A DNA stretch of 64,000 nt, taken from contig JAVLCJ010000003.1 in assembly GCA_031580875.1 (NCBI GenBank), positions 1,773-65,772 on the forward strand. The letters are read 5' to 3'. This stretch comes from Roseovarius sp. GTDB taxonomy: Bacteria; Pseudomonadota; Alphaproteobacteria; Rhodobacterales; Rhodobacteraceae. Shown one piece after another: positions 8,010-17,341 of the stretch. The translations under genes were made by a program, and so were the position numbers. Within the stretch, counting starts at the first letter, position 1, and each line of letters starts with the position of its first letter. The notes below the pieces were generated by a model. That model had not been told where the DNA came from and did not search any database. It was given only the letters and a program-made list of their open reading frames with translations.

Positions 8010-10631
8010 TCAATGCACCACGGCATCCTCGGGCGGTTCGCGGTTCGTCGATCCGACACGATCGCCGATGATCAAGCCACTGGCACCAGCCGTCACCGGC
8101 ACCGTGCTGCCATCCAGGATATCGCCCGACAGCAACGCCTCGGCCAGCGGGTCCTGCAGGGCCTTCTGGATCACGCGTTTCAGCGGCCGCGCGCCATAGA
8201 CAGGGTCATAGCCCTCGTCAGCCAGCCATTTCTTCGCCGCGTCGTCCAGCTCCAGCTGGATTTTCCGGCTCGCCAGACGCTTGAGCAGGCGACGCATCTG
8301 GATTTCGACGATGCCGCTCATCTGCTCGCGCGTGATCCGGTCGAACACCACGATCTCGTCCAGCCGGTTCAGGAATTCGGGCCGGAAATGCGACCGCACG
8401 GCATCCATCACGTCGCGCTTGGCCTCGCCGGCATCCGCGCCCTCGGGCAACTGGCTCAGCGCCTGGCTGCCAAGGTTCGATGTCAGCACGATCAGCGTCT
8501 GCTTGAAGTCCACCGTGCGGCCCTGCCCGTCGGTCAGCACACCATCGTCGAGAACCTGCAACAACACGTTGAAGACCTCGGGGTGCGCCTTCTCGACCTC
8601 GTCGAACAGCACCACCTGGTAGGGGCGCCGGCGCACGGCCTCCGTCAGGACGCCGCCCTCGTCATAGCCGACGTATCCCGGCGGCGCGCCGATCAGGCGC
8701 GCGACCGAGTGTTTCTCCATGAACTCGGACATGTCGATCCGCACCATCGCGCTGTCATCATCGAACAGGAACTCGGCCACGGCCTTGGTCAACTCGGTCT
8801 TGCCCACGCCCGTCGGGCCAAGGAACAGGAAACTGCCCAGCGGCCGGTTCTCGTCGTTGAGCCCGGCGCGCGCCCGGCGCACCGCGTTGGCCACGGCCCG
8901 CACGGCGGTATCCTGCCCGATCACGCGGCGGTGCAGGTTGTCCTCCATGCCAAGCAGCTTCTCGCGCTCGCCCTCCAGCATCTTGGCGGTGGGGATGCCC
9001 GTCCAGCGTTCGACCACGCTGGCGATCTGCTCGGGGCGCACGGCCTCCTCGACCATGACATCGCCTTCCTCCTCGGCCTGCTCGGCCTCGGCCAGCTGTT
9101 TCTCAAGCTGCGGGATCACCCCGTAGGACAGCTCCCCGGCGCGGGCCAGGTCGCCCTCGCGCTTGGCGTGGTCCAGCTCGATCCGCGCCTTGTCGAGCTG
9201 CTCCTTGAGGTCGCGGGCACTGGCCAACTTGTCACGCTCGGCCTGCCACTTGGCGGTCATCTCCGCGGACCGTTCCTGCAGATCGGCCAGTTCCTTTTCC
9301 AGCTTTTCCAGCCGGTCCTTGCTCGCGGCGTCATCCTCCTTGCGCAGGGCTTCGGCCTCGATCTGCTTCTGCAGGATGTCGCGGTCGAGCGCGTCCAGTT
9401 CCTCGGGCTTGCTGTCCACCTCCATGCGCAGGCGGCTCGCCGCCTCGTCCACGAGGTCGATCGCCTTGTCCGGCAGGAACCGGTCGGTGATGTAGCGATG
9501 GCTCAGCTGCGCCGCCGTCACCAGCGCGCTGTCCGAGATGCGCACGCCATGGTGAAGTTCGTACTTTTCCTTGATGCCGCGCAGGATCGACACGGTATCC
9601 TCCACCGTCGGCTCCTCGACCATCAGCGGCTGGAACCGCCGCGCCAGCGCCGCGTCCTTCTCGACATGCTTGCGGTACTCGTTCAGCGTGGTGGCCCCCA
9701 CGCAGTGCAGCTCGCCGCGCGCCAGCGCCGGCTTGATCAGGTTGGCGGCGTCCATCGCGCCGTCGGTCTTGCCCGCACCCACCAGCGTGTGCATCTCGTC
9801 GATGAACAGGATGATCTCGCCGGCAGCCGACGTCACCTCGTTCAGCACGGCCTTGAGCCGCTCCTCGAACTCGCCGCGGTATTTCGCCCCCGCGATCAAC
9901 GCGCCCATGTCCAGCGCCAGCAGCCGCTTGTTCGCAAGGCTCTCGGGCACGTCGCCGTTGACGATCCGCAGCGCCAGACCCTCGGCGATGGCCGTCTTGC
10001 CGACGCCCGGCTCCCCGATCAGCACGGGGTTGTTCTTGGTGCGGCGGCTCAGCACCTGCATCGCGCGGCGGATCTCGTCGTCGCGGCCGATGATCGGGTC
10101 GATCTTGCCTTCCTCGGCGGCCTTCGTCAGGTCTTGCGCGTATTTCTCGAGCGCCTCGTAGGTGTCCTCGGCGCTGGCCGTGTCGGCGGTGCGGCCCTTG
10201 CGCAGGTCGTTGATCGCCTCGTTGAGGCCCTGCGCGCTCACCCCGCCCTGGTCCAGCGCGTCCTTGGCGGGGCTCTTGACCACGGCCAGCGCGGTCAGCA
10301 TCCGCTCCACCGGCACGAAGCTGTCGCCGGCCTTGGTCGAGAACTTTTCCGCCTCGGCGAGCACCTTGCCCGTCTGCTGGTCCATGTAGGTCTGCCCGGC
10401 ATCGCCCGACACCTGCGGGATCTTGCCCAGCGCAAGGTCCAGCGCCTGCGTCACGCGGTCCGGCTTGCCTTCCGCCCGCTTGATCAGGTTGCTGGCCAGC
10501 CCCTCGGGATCGTCCATCAATGCCTTGAGAATGTGTTCGGGCGCCAGCTTCTGATGGCTTTCGCGCATCGCGATCGTCTGCGCCGCCTGGATGAAACCGC
10601 GCGACCGCTCGGTGAACTTGTTCAAGTCCAT
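8010..10631 (-). CDS. clpB: ATP-dependent chaperone/disaggregase ClpB
   Basis: [18 protein letters not shown]... N-domain. Two AAA+ modules ([10 protein letters not shown] and [10 protein letters not shown] Walker A motifs) are separated by a long coiled-coil middle domain. Start set at the ATG at 10631, preceded by AAAAGGAGAGAGA; the 65 upstream codons of the track ORF are rejected. Confidence 0.97.
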   Translation of the reverse strand: MDLNKFTERSRGFIQAAQTIAMRESHQKLAPEHILKALMDDPEGLASNLIKRAEGKPDRVTQALDLALGKIPQVSGDAGQTYMDQQTGKVLAEAEKFSTKAGDSFVPVERMLTALAVVKSPAKDALDQGGVSAQGLNEAINDLRKGRTADTASAEDTYEALEKYAQDLTKAAEEGKIDPIIGRDDEIRRAMQVLSRRTKNNPVLIGEPGVGKTAIAEGLALRIVNGDVPESLANKRLLALDMGALIAGAKYRGEFEERLKAVLNEVTSAAGEIILFIDEMHTLVGAGKTDGAMDAANLIKPALARGELHCVGATTLNEYRKHVEKDAALARRFQPLMVEEPTVEDTVSILRGIKEKYELHHGVRISDSALVTAAQLSHRYITDRFLPDKAIDLVDEAASRLRMEVDSKPEELDALDRDILQKQIEAEALRKEDDAASKDRLEKLEKELADLQERSAEMTAKWQAERDKLASARDLKEQLDKARIELDHAKREGDLARAGELSYGVIPQLEKQLAEAEQAEEEGDVMVEEAVRPEQIASVVERWTGIPTAKMLEGEREKLLGMEDNLHRRVIGQDTAVRAVANAVRRARAGLNDENRPLGSFLFLGPTGVGKTELTKAVAEFLFDDDSAMVRIDMSEFMEKHSVARLIGAPPGYVGYDEGGVLTEAVRRRPYQVVLFDEVEKAHPEVFNVLLQVLDDGVLTDGQGRTVDFKQTLIVLTSNLGSQALSQLPEGADAGEAKRDVMDAVRSHFRPEFLNRLDEIVVFDRITREQMSGIVEIQMRRLLKRLASRKIQLELDDAAKKWLADEGYDPVYGARPLKRVIQKALQDPLAEALLSGDILDGSTVPVTAGASGLIIGDRVGSTNREPPEDAVVH

Positions 10632-10713
10632 CGTCTCTCTCCTTTTTACAAGCGTTCCCTCTTGTGTCGTGCACCCTCCCCGAGGCGTGCGGCGTTCGGG
10701 AACCTCGGCGATT

Positions 10714-10744
10714 GAGATGGGAAAGGGGGCCGCGATCTTCAAGG
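10714..10744 (-). promoter_or_regulatory. Candidate RpoH (sigma-32)-type heat-shock promoter of clpB
   Basis: The minus strand reads CTTGAA (10743-10738), then a 16 nt spacer, then CCCATCT (10721-10715). This resembles the CTTGAA-N(13-17)-CCCCATNT consensus and lies about 85-110 nt upstream of the clpB ATG. Confidence 0.45.
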
Positions 10745-10861
10745 CGGCAACACCGCCGACAGCGGGAAATTCCGCCTGCCGGCGCCGCCGCGGCCCGGGG
10801 CGCTTGACGCCGCGTGCGCGCCGCACGACAAAGGCGCCACACCGGATCAGGAGCCCGCGCC

Positions 10862-11551
10862 ATGCCAGATGACCGCCTCATCGTCGCCCTCGACGTCCCC
10901 AACGCGCTGGAAGGGCTGCAACTGGCCACCCGGCTGGGCGACGACGTGAGCTTCTACAAGATCGGGCTGGGCATGCTGACCGGCGGCGGGCTGGCCCTGG
11001 CCAACGAGCTGAAACAGGATCACGGCAAGCGCATCTTCCTCGACATGAAGCTCTTCGACATCGGCGCCACGGTCGAGGCCGCCGTGCGCGGGCTGGCGCA
11101 GTTCGATCTCGATTTCCTCACCGTGCACGGCGACCCTCACGTCGTGCGCGCCGCCCGCGAGGGCGCGGCGGGCAGCAACACGAAAATCCTTGCCGTCACG
11201 ATCCTCACATCGCTCGACCGCGACGACCTCGACGCCGCGCTAATCGCGCCCGGCCATGTCCGCGATCTCGTGGCGATCCGCGCTGCCCGCGCCTTCGAGG
11301 AAGGGGCCGACGGGGTCATCGCCTCTCCGCGCGAGGCCGCGCTGATCCGTGCCCTGCCCGAAGCGCACGGCAAGCTCATCGTCACCCCCGGCGTGCGCCC
11401 AGAGGGCAGCGACATGGGCGATCAGAAGCGGGTCGCAACGCCCGCGCAGGCCGTCCGCGACGGCGCCGATCACATCGTGGTGGGCCGGCCCGTCTGGGCC
11501 GCGCCCGACCCGGCCGCCAGCGCCCGCGCGATCCTCGACACGTTGCCCTGA
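10862..11551 (+). CDS. pyrF: Orotidine 5'-phosphate decarboxylase
   Basis: [13 protein letters not shown]...FYKIG...[13 protein letters not shown]...ILTSL...VVGRPV, the classic PyrF motifs. Start at the ATG at 10862. Confidence 0.93.
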   Translation: MPDDRLIVALDVPNALEGLQLATRLGDDVSFYKIGLGMLTGGGLALANELKQDHGKRIFLDMKLFDIGATVEAAVRGLAQFDLDFLTVHGDPHVVRAAREGAAGSNTKILAVTILTSLDRDDLDAALIAPGHVRDLVAIRAARAFEEGADGVIASPREAALIRALPEAHGKLIVTPGVRPEGSDMGDQKRVATPAQAVRDGADHIVVGRPVWAAPDPAASARAILDTLP

Positions 11552-11732
11552 CGTGCCACGCCCCCACCGCCGGCCCATGCCGGCAAGGGCCGGGAAAGGG
11601 TATTTTCACCGAGAAGAAGACCGGAGGGGCGAGGCTGACGTGATCGGCACATGACCGGTCGCGACCGGACAGGACCGGGCCGCGGAACCGCGGCATCCGG
11701 AGGCTTCATCCCGGAAACCGGAGCCTGCCGCC

Positions 11733-12614
11733 ATGACCACCATCGTGATCGTCGAAGGGAACACGCCCGCCGCCGTCGCCGCCGGTAAATCCGGGGCGCG
11801 GGGATTCCTGCGCAGCCTTGCCATGCTGGACCCGGCCGCGCGGTTCCACGTGGTCAACCCCTATGCGCGCCGCGTGCCGGCGACAGAATTCGACGGGGCG
11901 CAAGGCATCGTTTTCACCGGCGCCGGGGAGCCCTGGGGCGTCACCGCGCCGGAGGCCGCGCCGCAACGCGCCGCCATGGAGACCGCGCTGGCCAGCGGCC
12001 TGCCGGTCTGGGGCAGCTGCAACGGGATGCAACTGGCCGCCGTGGTCGCGGGCGGGCGTGTCGGACCATCGCCGCGCGGCACCGAGGTGGGCGTGGCGCG
12101 CGACATCCGGCTGACCGCCGAAGGGCGCGCGCATCCCATGCTGTCGGGCCGCACGGACGGTTTCGCCGTGCCCTGCATCCACCGCGACGAGGTGCGCCGC
12201 CTGCCGGCCGCCGCGCGCCTGCTGGCCGGAAACGATCATTCGCCCGTGCAGGCCATGAGCATCACGGCGGACGGGGTGGATTTCCGCGGCACCCAGTACC
12301 ATCCCGAGCTGACCCCCGGCGACATTGCCGACTATGTCCGCGCCAACGGCATTTTCGCGGCGCTGGCCGGGCTGGAGGCCGTGCTCGATGCCGCCGAGAG
12401 CGATCCGGCCGCCGCGCGGCGCCTCGGCACCTCGCCGCAAGAGCTCAGCGTGGACAACCGCACGGCCGAGCTGCGCGCCTGGCTGCGGCACGTGGCCGAC
12501 CGCGCCGGCACCGCGCCGGCCGTGGCATCCCCCTGTCCAAACCCCGCCGCAGCCGGTATGATGGCACCCGAACAAGGCCATCACCCATGCCCGTCCTTTG
12601 CCGCGACTGCCTGA
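11733..12614 (+). CDS. Class I glutamine amidotransferase-like protein
   Basis: GSCNGMQL nucleophile-elbow Cys and a later YHPEL (His/Glu) motif. The C-terminal tail is low-complexity and overlaps the dinB start by 28 nt. Confidence 0.75.
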   Translation: MTTIVIVEGNTPAAVAAGKSGARGFLRSLAMLDPAARFHVVNPYARRVPATEFDGAQGIVFTGAGEPWGVTAPEAAPQRAAMETALASGLPVWGSCNGMQLAAVVAGGRVGPSPRGTEVGVARDIRLTAEGRAHPMLSGRTDGFAVPCIHRDEVRRLPAAARLLAGNDHSPVQAMSITADGVDFRGTQYHPELTPGDIADYVRANGIFAALAGLEAVLDAAESDPAAARRLGTSPQELSVDNRTAELRAWLRHVADRAGTAPAVASPCPNPAAAGMMAPEQGHHPCPSFAATA

Positions 12615-13840
12615 CCCGGTTCGACATGCCCGCGCGCTGCCCCGCCTGCGGCAGCCCGCGCACCGTCGCGCATGACGAGCTGGAAACGCTGTCCATCGCC
12701 CACATGGATTGCGACGCCTTCTACGCGAGCGTCGAGAAACGCGACAACCCCGAGTTGGAGGCTCGGCCGCTCATCATCGGGGGCGGACGCCGCGGCGTCG
12801 TCTCCACCGCCTGCTACGTGGCGCGCATCCGGGGCGTGCATTCGGCCATGCCGATGTTCAAGGCGCTGCGGCTGTGTCCGGACGCGGTGGTGATGAAACC
12901 CCGCATGGAGGTTTATGCCGCGATTTCCCGCCGGATCCGCGACATGATGCGTGACCTGACCCCGGCGGTGGAACCGCTTTCGCTGGACGAGGCGTTTCTC
13001 GATCTCACGGGCACCACGCGGCTGCATGGCGCGCCCCCCGCGGTCATGCTGGCCGGGCTTGTGAAACGGATGCGCGACGAGCTGGGGCTGACCGGCTCCA
13101 TCGGGCTGAGCCACAACAAGTTTCTCGCCAAGCTGGCCTCGGACATGGACAAGCCGCACGGTTTCTCGGTGATCGGCCGGGCCGAGACCGCCGCGTTCCT
13201 GCATGACAGGCCGGTCAGCCTGATCTGGGGCGTGGGGCAGTCCAGCCGCGCCGCGCTGGAGGCGGCCGGCATCCGCCGCTTCTCGGACCTGCTGCGCTGG
13301 GACCATACCGACCTCGTGGCCCGCTTCGGCACCATGGGCGACAGGCTGTGGTACCTCGCGCGCGGGCAGGACACGCGGCGCGTCTCGGCCGATGCGCCGG
13401 TCAAGTCGATTTCCAACGAAACCACCTTCGCCGAGGACACGGGCGACGCGGACCTGCTCGACGGGCATCTCTGGCGGCTGGCCGAGAAGGTGGCCGACCG
13501 CGCCAAGGCCAAGGAGCTCGCCGGCCGGGTCGTGACGCTCAAGCTCAAGCGCGCGGATCATGGCACGCTCACGCGGCGTCACGCCCTGCGCGACCCCTCG
13601 CACATGGCCGACACGCTTTATCGCACGGCACGCCCGCTTCTTGACTCGGCCCGGCTTCAGGGGCCGTTCCGGCTCATCGGGGTGGGGATCAGCGACCTGG
13701 TGCCGGGGGCACAGGCCGACCGGTCGGGCGACCTGCTGGATCCGGACGCCACCCGCCGGTGGCAGGCCGAGCGGGCGACGGACACGATCCGCCGTCGCTT
13801 CGGCAAGCAGGCGATCGTCAAGGGCCGCTCCCTGCGGTGA
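12587..13840 (+). CDS. dinB: DNA polymerase IV (Y-family) with N-terminal CxxC-N9-CxxC extension
   Basis: IAHMDCDAFYASVE, PLIIGG, SLDEAFLDLTG and the little-finger region identify a Y-family polymerase. The N-terminus is MPVLCRDCLTRFDMPARCPACGSPR. Confidence 0.92.
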   Translation: MPVLCRDCLTRFDMPARCPACGSPRTVAHDELETLSIAHMDCDAFYASVEKRDNPELEARPLIIGGGRRGVVSTACYVARIRGVHSAMPMFKALRLCPDAVVMKPRMEVYAAISRRIRDMMRDLTPAVEPLSLDEAFLDLTGTTRLHGAPPAVMLAGLVKRMRDELGLTGSIGLSHNKFLAKLASDMDKPHGFSVIGRAETAAFLHDRPVSLIWGVGQSSRAALEAAGIRRFSDLLRWDHTDLVARFGTMGDRLWYLARGQDTRRVSADAPVKSISNETTFAEDTGDADLLDGHLWRLAEKVADRAKAKELAGRVVTLKLKRADHGTLTRRHALRDPSHMADTLYRTARPLLDSARLQGPFRLIGVGISDLVPGAQADRSGDLLDPDATRRWQAERATDTIRRRFGKQAIVKGRSLR

Positions 13841-13868
13841 TGCCGCCCGCCGGCGCGGCGGCGCGGGC

Positions 13869-14732
13869 CTATTCCGCCGCGAGCGAGCCGTCGACCACCC
13901 GGCCGATATCGGCGATGCCGGCAATCACCGATCCGAGGAGCGTCCGGAACGCCTCGAAACCGGCATCGGGCCGGATGCGCCGCTCGTCCATGTAAAGCGC
14001 GCGGTCGATCTCGACCTGGATCGCGTGGCGGTTGCGCGTCGGCCGCCCGTAATGCTGGGTGATGTAGGCGCCGGCGAAGGGCGTGTTGCGCGTGACGACC
14101 AGCCCGGCATCGGCGAACGCCGCCTCGATCCCGTCAACGATCTCGGGGGCAGCGGCAGCGCCGAACCTGTCGCCCAGCACCACCTCGGGGCGCTTGCCGC
14201 CGCGGCGCGCCACCGAATCCATCGCCTCGTGCGGCATCGAGTGGCAATCGATCAGGATCGACTGTCCGAACCTCCCGGCGGCATGGTCAAGCTGCTGTTG
14301 CAGGGCCCGGTGATAGGGCCGCCAGAAGGTGTCGATCCGCCACGCGGCCTCGGCACGATCGATCTTGCCGGCATAGATCGCCCGGCCGTTCGCCACCACC
14401 CGGGGAATCACCCCCAGCCCGGACGCGACGCGCGGATTGTGCCCGCCGCGCGGCACCCCCTCGACCAGGGCCGGGTCCAGTTCCTCGGCGCTGCGGTTCA
14501 GATCGACGAAGGCGCGCGGCATCCCGGCCCGGAGAAACGGCGCGCCGACCTGCGGCGCCACCTCGAACAGCCGGTCGACGAAAGCGTCTTCGGAACTGCG
14601 TATCTCGTGATGGTTGAGCACGCTGCGCCGAAGGAAGGCCGCCGGATAATCCCGCCCGCTGTGAGGCGATGCAAAGACCACCGACGTGGTCCGTGCCGCG
14701 GGATGGACGAGATGATAGGCGGCCTCGGGCAT
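13869..14732 (-). CDS. N-formylglutamate amidohydrolase family protein
   Basis: 287 aa. SPHSGRDYP, EDAFVD, VDLNR and IDCHSMP motifs are typical of the FGase family. Confidence 0.85.
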   Translation of the reverse strand: MPEAAYHLVHPAARTTSVVFASPHSGRDYPAAFLRRSVLNHHEIRSSEDAFVDRLFEVAPQVGAPFLRAGMPRAFVDLNRSAEELDPALVEGVPRGGHNPRVASGLGVIPRVVANGRAIYAGKIDRAEAAWRIDTFWRPYHRALQQQLDHAAGRFGQSILIDCHSMPHEAMDSVARRGGKRPEVVLGDRFGAAAAPEIVDGIEAAFADAGLVVTRNTPFAGAYITQHYGRPTRNRHAIQVEIDRALYMDERRIRPDAGFEAFRTLLGSVIAGIADIGRVVDGSLAAE

Positions 14733-14875
14733 CGTTCCTCCTTGAGCGACATCATAGTCGTAAATTGACCGTGGAAAAGCCCTTGATCCCCGTGCCGACT
14801 CCTTTTATACGCCCTTGCTACCGGCGCGGGGAACCGCGCCCCTTTTGGTTGGGGCATCCTGCGGGTCGGCAACAC

Positions 14876-14950
14876 GGGCGATTAGCTCAGCGGTAGAGCA
14901 CTTCGTTGACATCGAAGGGGTCACTAGTTCGATCCTAGTATCGCCCACCA
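14876..14950 (+). tRNA. tRNA-Val (anticodon GAC), CCA encoded
   Basis: Hand-folded cloverleaf: acceptor GGGCGAT/ATCGCCC, D-arm GCTC/GAGC, anticodon stem CTTCG/CGAAG with loop TTGACAT, T-arm ACTAG-TTCGATC-CTAGT, then ACCA. Confidence 0.95.
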
Positions 14951-15026
14951 TTTCACTGTCCGCGCATTGCGCGGACACCCGCGAACCCGAGGCGCTGGCC
15001 CGCGCCGCGACACAAGGAGAGGACCG

Positions 15027-15152
15027 ATGAAGGTCAAGAACTCGCTTCGTTCGCTCAAGAACCGGCACCGCGATTGCCGTGTCGTGCGCCGCAAAGGCCG
15101 CGTCTACGTCGTGAACAAGACACAGCGCCGGTTCAAGGCCCGCCAGGGCTGA
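15027..15152 (+). CDS. rpmJ: 50S ribosomal protein L36 (bL36)
   Basis: [41 protein letters not shown], 41 aa. AAGGAGAGG Shine-Dalgarno upstream of the ATG at 15027. Confidence 0.95.
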   Translation: MKVKNSLRSLKNRHRDCRVVRRKGRVYVVNKTQRRFKARQG

Positions 15153-15178
15153 CAGGACGATCTTACGACGGACTAACG

Positions 15179-15209
15179 AAAAAACCCTGCCCCCGGGCAG
15201 GGTTTTTTC
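15179..15209. terminator. Bidirectional rho-independent terminator between rpmJ and the convergent Amt operon
   Basis: AAAAACCCTGCC-CCCG-GGCAGGGTTTTTT: GC-rich stem flanked by an A-run and a T-run. Confidence 0.85.
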
Positions 15210-15316
15210 ATGCGGTGTCGCTTCCTGTCCGGCAGCCGCGTGGCAATCCGCCGGTCCGCCGCAAACCGCGAACGCCCCGCCGCACGATACGCGGCGGGGC
15301 CTCGTGGCCCGCGGGC

Positions 15317-15487
15317 TCACTTGTGGTTGTCGTACTTGCTCATCTCGGTCTTCTGACCCATGGCCAGCGCCAATATGCACAGGCCGATAGCAATGATCGT
15401 GTAAAGCCCGGGCATGGCGCCGCCGGCGCCCATGAATATCGCGCCGCTCGCGGCGTCCCAGCTTTGGGTGTCAAACGGAAATCCCAT
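15317..15487 (-). CDS. Small membrane protein (56 aa), not in the ORF track
   Basis: My translation: MGFPFDTQSWDAASGAIFMGAGGAMPGLYTIIAIGLCILALAMGQKTEMSKYDNHK. AGGAGGAAGAAAGA Shine-Dalgarno. It begins 18 nt after the Amt-family stop. One predicted TM helix. About 46 of 56 codons end in G or C, as in the flanking real genes. Confidence 0.6.
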   Translation of the reverse strand: MGFPFDTQSWDAASGAIFMGAGGAMPGLYTIIAIGLCILALAMGQKTEMSKYDNHK

Positions 15488-15505
15488 GTCTTTCTTCCTC
15501 CTGTG

Positions 15506-16891
15506 TCAAACCGATGCCGGCGGTGATGCGTTGATGCCCTCGGGATAGGCCTGTGCCGGCACCTTCACGGTGTCCAGACCCGCCTTCTCGGCGGCCTCGG
15601 GCACGCGCAGCATTCCCAGCACCTTGAGAACCAGCGAACTGACATAGCCGGTCGACAGCCCGATCACCACGAAAACGATGGCCCCGACGATCTGCCCGAT
15701 CAGGCTGATGGTCGGCGCGTCCTCACCCAGCAACGCCGGGTAACCGTTGGCGAAAATGCCCAGCGCCACCATGCCGTAGACACCGATCGTGCCATGCACC
15801 GTCACGGCGCCGACGGCGTCGTCGATGCCCATGCGCTCCAGCACGTTCGCCGCGGGCTTGAGGATCACGCCGGCGCCGAAGGCCAGTATGAAGGTCAGGC
15901 CGGGCCAGTAGATGTCCAGACCGGACGCGACCGAGATGATCCCGGCAAGCGCCCCCGACATCATCCAGAACGGATCCCGCGTGGCCAGCCACGCACCGAT
16001 GATCCCGCCGGCGACCGCCATCAGGATGTTGAAGGCCAGCGCCCCGAGATTGGTGGGCGTACCGTAGATCGTGCTGAAGTTGCCCCCCCACGACCACGCT
16101 TCGCCGCCCACGACGACACAGGCCATCAGGAACCCCCAGAAGCCCACGATGATCAGCATGAGCCCGGTGGCGGTGAAGGGCAGGTTGTGCCCCGCCAGAT
16201 GGTTGGCCGTGCCGTCCTCGTTGAACTTGCCGATGCGCGGCCCGAGATTGATCAGCACCCCGAGCGCGAAGAACGCCGCGACCGCGTGCACCAGGCCGGC
16301 GGCGCCGAAGTCATGCACGCCCCATTGCTGGACCAGCCAGCCATCGGCGTGCCACCCCCATGCGGCCGCCAGCGTCCAGCTGAAGCCGCCCAGAATGACC
16401 GCCAGTATCACGAACCCGACGGTCTGGATCCGCTCGATCACGGCCCCCGACATGATCGAGGCCGTCGTCGCGGCGAACAGCGTGAAGGCCCCCCAGAAGA
16501 CGCCGCTGATTTGGTCGTCGATATTGGGCCCCATGAACGACGCGGCCTCGCCCCAGCCCCATGCAAAGCTGCTGGCATAGGCCGCGCCGGAAATCTCGTT
16601 CGGGCCCGCCGACAGGGAAAACCCGGTCGGAAACGCCCAGTAGACCCACCAGCCGAAGAAATAGAAGGCCGGGATCACGAACGCGATCGCCAGAATGTTC
16701 TTCACGCCAGACGACAGCGCGTTCTTGGCGCGCGAGGCGCCCATCTCGTAGGCCAGGAACCCGGCATGGATGATCACCATGAGCGGGATCGTGATGTAGT
16801 AATAGGTCTCCGCGAACATCGTGTTCGTCAGATTGCCCTTGGTTTCCATCGCGGCGACCTTCGCCGCGAGTTCCGCAAGTTGTTCTTCCAT
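15506..16891 (-). CDS. Ammonium transporter family (Amt/MEP/Rh) protein, divergent paralogue
   Basis: 461 aa polytopic protein. Twin-His pore context is conserved (DFGAAGLVHAVAA and AVTVHGTIGVYGMVALGIFA). It has a charged coiled N-terminus instead of a signal peptide. GGAGG Shine-Dalgarno lies 9 nt upstream of the ATG at 16891. Confidence 0.9.
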   Translation of the reverse strand: MEEQLAELAAKVAAMETKGNLTNTMFAETYYYITIPLMVIIHAGFLAYEMGASRAKNALSSGVKNILAIAFVIPAFYFFGWWVYWAFPTGFSLSAGPNEISGAAYASSFAWGWGEAASFMGPNIDDQISGVFWGAFTLFAATTASIMSGAVIERIQTVGFVILAVILGGFSWTLAAAWGWHADGWLVQQWGVHDFGAAGLVHAVAAFFALGVLINLGPRIGKFNEDGTANHLAGHNLPFTATGLMLIIVGFWGFLMACVVVGGEAWSWGGNFSTIYGTPTNLGALAFNILMAVAGGIIGAWLATRDPFWMMSGALAGIISVASGLDIYWPGLTFILAFGAGVILKPAANVLERMGIDDAVGAVTVHGTIGVYGMVALGIFANGYPALLGEDAPTISLIGQIVGAIVFVVIGLSTGYVSSLVLKVLGMLRVPEAAEKAGLDTVKVPAQAYPEGINASPPASV

Positions 16892-17310
16892 GTTTCATTA
16901 CCTCCGTGTTGTACCGGTTCCCGCCGCAGCGCGGGCGACCGGTTCACAACCGGAATACAAGCGGTTCGCCCCGGCCCATGACAAACCTTTCCCGCCTTCC
17001 GGGAAAGCCGCGCCCTTGGCCAAGCCCCCGGCCTGGCGGGCGCCGTCTGCGCCCCTTCCCGGCGGCGAGCGCGGCCCGCCAGAAAGCTGATCTTAAAGCC
17101 ATTTTTCATGCTCCCGGCCGCGCCGGCGGGGCTTCCGCACCGCGTCACCCCTGCCGTGCCGGCCCGCTCGGCGCCTGTTTCGGGGTCTTTTGCGTCCCTG
17201 CGGACGCCCAATTTTTCTGCTTTCTGCCGAGAAAGCGGGCATACATGAATCTCTCAGGGGGCCGATTGCGCCCGTGACCGGCCCCTTGTGGCAGCCGCAT
17301 GGCACGAGTC

Positions 17311-17341
17311 GAAAAAAGCCCCGCTGCACGGGGCAGCGGGG
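17311..17341 (-). terminator. Rho-independent terminator on the minus strand inside a long intergenic region
   Basis: The minus strand reads CCCCGCTGC-CCCGT-GCAGCGGGG-CTTTTTTC. This is a 9 bp GC stem (17319-17327 pairing with 17333-17341), a 5 nt loop and a 6-T tract. Confidence 0.6.

Noticed and set aside
7881-10715. 944 aa ORF on the plus strand, the longest in this part of the track
   Set aside because: It lies exactly antisense to clpB. Its composition is dominated by R/L/G/H/Q/A, as expected for the reverse frame of a high-GC gene. It has no recognisable motif. clpB on the other strand is unambiguous.
10632-10826. 65-codon N-terminal extension of the clpB ORF
   Set aside because: The canonical ClpB N-terminus ([10 protein letters not shown]) starts at 10631 with a strong Shine-Dalgarno. 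The extension is Arg/Pro/Gly-rich and covers the candidate sigma-32 promoter.
14876-14950. tRNA-Val as a possible genomic-island integration site
   Set aside because: No integrase, no duplicated 3' tRNA fragment and no compositional break are visible on either side. The neighbours are rpmJ and a formylglutamate amidohydrolase-family gene.
16892-17310. Search for a sigma-54 (GG-N10-GC) promoter or NtrC-type control upstream of the Amt-family gene
   Set aside because: The closest candidates (for example TGGCTTTAAGATCAGC on the minus strand near 17085-17100) have 11 nt GG-to-GC spacing or lack the TTGC element. No convincing -24/-12 promoter was found by eye.
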